This document shows positions 62,197-64,000 of a DNA stretch of 64,000 nucleotides, in pieces. Each line of letters opens with the position of its first letter. Within the stretch, counting starts at the first letter, position 1. Position numbers and translations under genes: made by a program. The stretch is from Alphaproteobacteria bacterium (GTDB lineage Bacteria > Pseudomonadota > Alphaproteobacteria > Bin95). Below the pieces are notes generated by a model that saw nothing but the letters and a program-made list of their open reading frames with translations, was not told the DNA's origin and ran no database searches. The stretch covers positions 128,001 through 192,000 of the forward strand of contig OZ219786.1 in the NCBI GenBank assembly GCA_964291285.2, given 5' to 3'.

Positions 62197-62206
62197 AGGC
62201 CGTAAA

Positions 62207-63085
62207 CTAGCGCGGCAGGTTGCCCAGCCAGTCGGAGAGCGCCTTGCCGATCCCGTCGGGCGAATCTTCCTGAATGAAGTGGCTTCCCTTGACCTTCGCG
62301 ACGGTCTGGTTCGGCCAACCCAGGCAGAATTCCCTTTGCGGACCGGTCAGGATGGCGCCGGGCTCTGCATCGATGAAGAGCTTGGCGACATCCGAGGCGG
62401 CCAGCCACTCGGAATAGGCGCGCACGATCTCGACGACGTCCGTGGGCTCGCCGGAGATCGGGATTTCGCGCGGCCATGTCAGGGTCGGGCGGCGGTCCTC
62501 GCCCGGCGTCGCGAAAGGCCGCCGGTAAACCGCCATTTCCTCTTCGGATATCTTCCGAAGGATCGAGCCGGGCAGCACGCGCTCGACGAACACGTTCTTC
62601 TCCAGCACCATCCCTTCGCCCGCCGGCGAGCGGAAGCCCTGGAACACGGCCTTTGCCGCCTCGGGCCACTCCTCCCAGGTAACCGGCCGGACGAGCGCCT
62701 CCATGTAGCAGAAGCCCCGCACCCGGTCGCGGTGCCGGTTGCCCCAGTCGAAGCCAAGCGCCGAGCCCCAGTCGTGGATGACAAAGACGGCGTTGCCGCC
62801 GAGGCCGACAGCATCGAGGAAACCATCCAGATATTCGCGGTGTTCGACGAAGCGGTAGCTGCCGGGTCCGGGGTCGTCGATCTTGTCGCTGTCGCCCATG
62901 CCGATCAGGTCCGGCGCCAGGCACCGGGCCTGCCCCGCGACATGCGGCATGATGTTGCGCCAGAGGTAGGACGAGGTCGGATTGCCGTGAAGGAAGACGA
63001 CAGGGTCGCCCTCGCCCATCTCCACATAGGCCATGCGCTTGCCCTTCACCTCGACGAAGGACTTCGGCGGTTCGGCGGCATTCAT
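62207..63085 (-). CDS. Haloalkane dehalogenase (LinB/DhaA type)
   Basis: FLHGNPTSSYLWRN, IHDWGSALG, YMEA, TWPREIP, HFIQED. Confidence 0.93.
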   Translation of the reverse strand: MNAAEPPKSFVEVKGKRMAYVEMGEGDPVVFLHGNPTSSYLWRNIMPHVAGQARCLAPDLIGMGDSDKIDDPGPGSYRFVEHREYLDGFLDAVGLGGNAVFVIHDWGSALGFDWGNRHRDRVRGFCYMEALVRPVTWEEWPEAAKAVFQGFRSPAGEGMVLEKNVFVERVLPGSILRKISEEEMAVYRRPFATPGEDRRPTLTWPREIPISGEPTDVVEIVRAYSEWLAASDVAKLFIDAEPGAILTGPQREFCLGWPNQTVAKVKGSHFIQEDSPDGIGKALSDWLGNLPR

Positions 63086-63091
63086 CGGCGG

Positions 63092-63880
63092 TTATTCCCC
63101 AGTGAAGTTCGGTTTGCGTTTCTCGGCGAAGGCGCCCACGCCCTCGCGCCCGTCGGCGCTGGAAGCGCGGGCGGCGATGGAGCGGGATTCCAGCTCCATC
63201 TGCGTTTCGAGACCGTTCTGGAAGCTCTCCATCATCAGACGCTTGACCGCGCCATAGGCTCCCGTCGGCCCGTCGGCGAAGGCGCGCGCCTGTTTCTCCG
63301 CCTCCGCCATCAGGTCGGCGTCCGGAACCACGCGGTCCACGATGCCGATCTCCATGGCCTCAGCCGCGCTCAGCATCCGGTTGGTCAGCGCCAGCTCCTT
63401 GGCGCGGCGGAAGCCCGTCAACCGGGGCAGGAACCATGTCGAGCTGCCGTCCGGCGACAGCGCGGCGGCCGTATAGGCCATGGTGAACCGGGCGCTCTCG
63501 CCCGCAAAGACGACATCGCCGGTCATCGCGAGCGACATCCCGCCGCCCGCCGCCATGCCGTTGACCGCGATGACGACCGGGGCGTCCATCCGGTTCATCA
63601 CGGCAATCGCCGTGTGCAGGCTCGCGGTCATCTCGGACAGCACCGACTCCACCCTGTCGCCGGCCTGGAGGAAGAATTTGAGGTCGCCGCCGGCGCTGAA
63701 CATCCTGCCCGCGCCGGTCATCAGCACAGCCCGCACCGCCCTGTTCTTGTCGCAGTCGATCATGATGCGGTGGAACGCCCGGACGAACTCCAGGTCGAAG
63801 GCGTTGGCGGCATCCGGCCGATTGAGCGTCACATGGGCGAGGCCGTCGCGAACCTCGTAAAGGATCGGGTCTTCGGACAT
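63092..63880 (-). CDS. Enoyl-CoA hydratase/isomerase family protein
   Basis: LNRPDAANA, FSAGGDL, VNGMAAGGG, PDGSST. Confidence 0.9.
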   Translation of the reverse strand: MSEDPILYEVRDGLAHVTLNRPDAANAFDLEFVRAFHRIMIDCDKNRAVRAVLMTGAGRMFSAGGDLKFFLQAGDRVESVLSEMTASLHTAIAVMNRMDAPVVIAVNGMAAGGGMSLAMTGDVVFAGESARFTMAYTAAALSPDGSSTWFLPRLTGFRRAKELALTNRMLSAAEAMEIGIVDRVVPDADLMAEAEKQARAFADGPTGAYGAVKRLMMESFQNGLETQMELESRSIAARASSADGREGVGAFAEKRKPNFTGE

Positions 63881-63887
63881 GGCGCGG

Positions 63888-64000
63888 CTACTCCACCAGC
63901 AGGACCGTGGACCCCGTGGTCCTGCGGCCTTCCAGGTCCTCATGCGCCTTCCTGGCGTCCGCCAGCGCATAGGTCTGGTTCACCTCGATCCTGACCCTGC
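63888..64000 (-). CDS. 3' end of a quinone oxidoreductase (Qor-like), cut by the window edge
   Basis: RIEVNQTYALADARKAHEDLEGRRTTGSTVLLVE*. Confidence 0.75.
   Translation of the reverse strand, partial: RVRIEVNQTYALADARKAHEDLEGRRTTGSTVLLVE

Overview
High-GC alphaproteobacterial chromosome segment. It holds housekeeping blocks (polA, ispH-thrB-rnhA, aroQ-accB-accC-aat, yajC-secD-secF, tRNA-Arg) mixed with many catabolic and redox genes (SDRs, LLM monooxygenases, enoyl-CoA hydratases, a Rieske oxygenase, a haloalkane dehalogenase). Two IS elements with clean ends each break a gene: an IS1380-type element in aat and an IS256-type element in a Tat-exported vanadium haloperoxidase. Three observations stand out. 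(1) A dispersed element family occurs three times, always between convergent genes. Each copy has an AT-rich promoter-like end, a conserved GC-rich structured core, an RBS plus ORF, and 10-bp-phased CATGAC arrays. One copy carries an orphan terminase-small-subunit-like gene, the other two carry short ORFs, and a solo CATGAC array lies at about 35.9 kb. (2) A UGSC-motif selenoprotein, split in two by the ORF caller, has an in-frame TGA and a SECIS-like hairpin. (3) An MntR regulator is fused in frame to oligopeptidase B. All family calls come from reading motifs by eye; no database searches were run.
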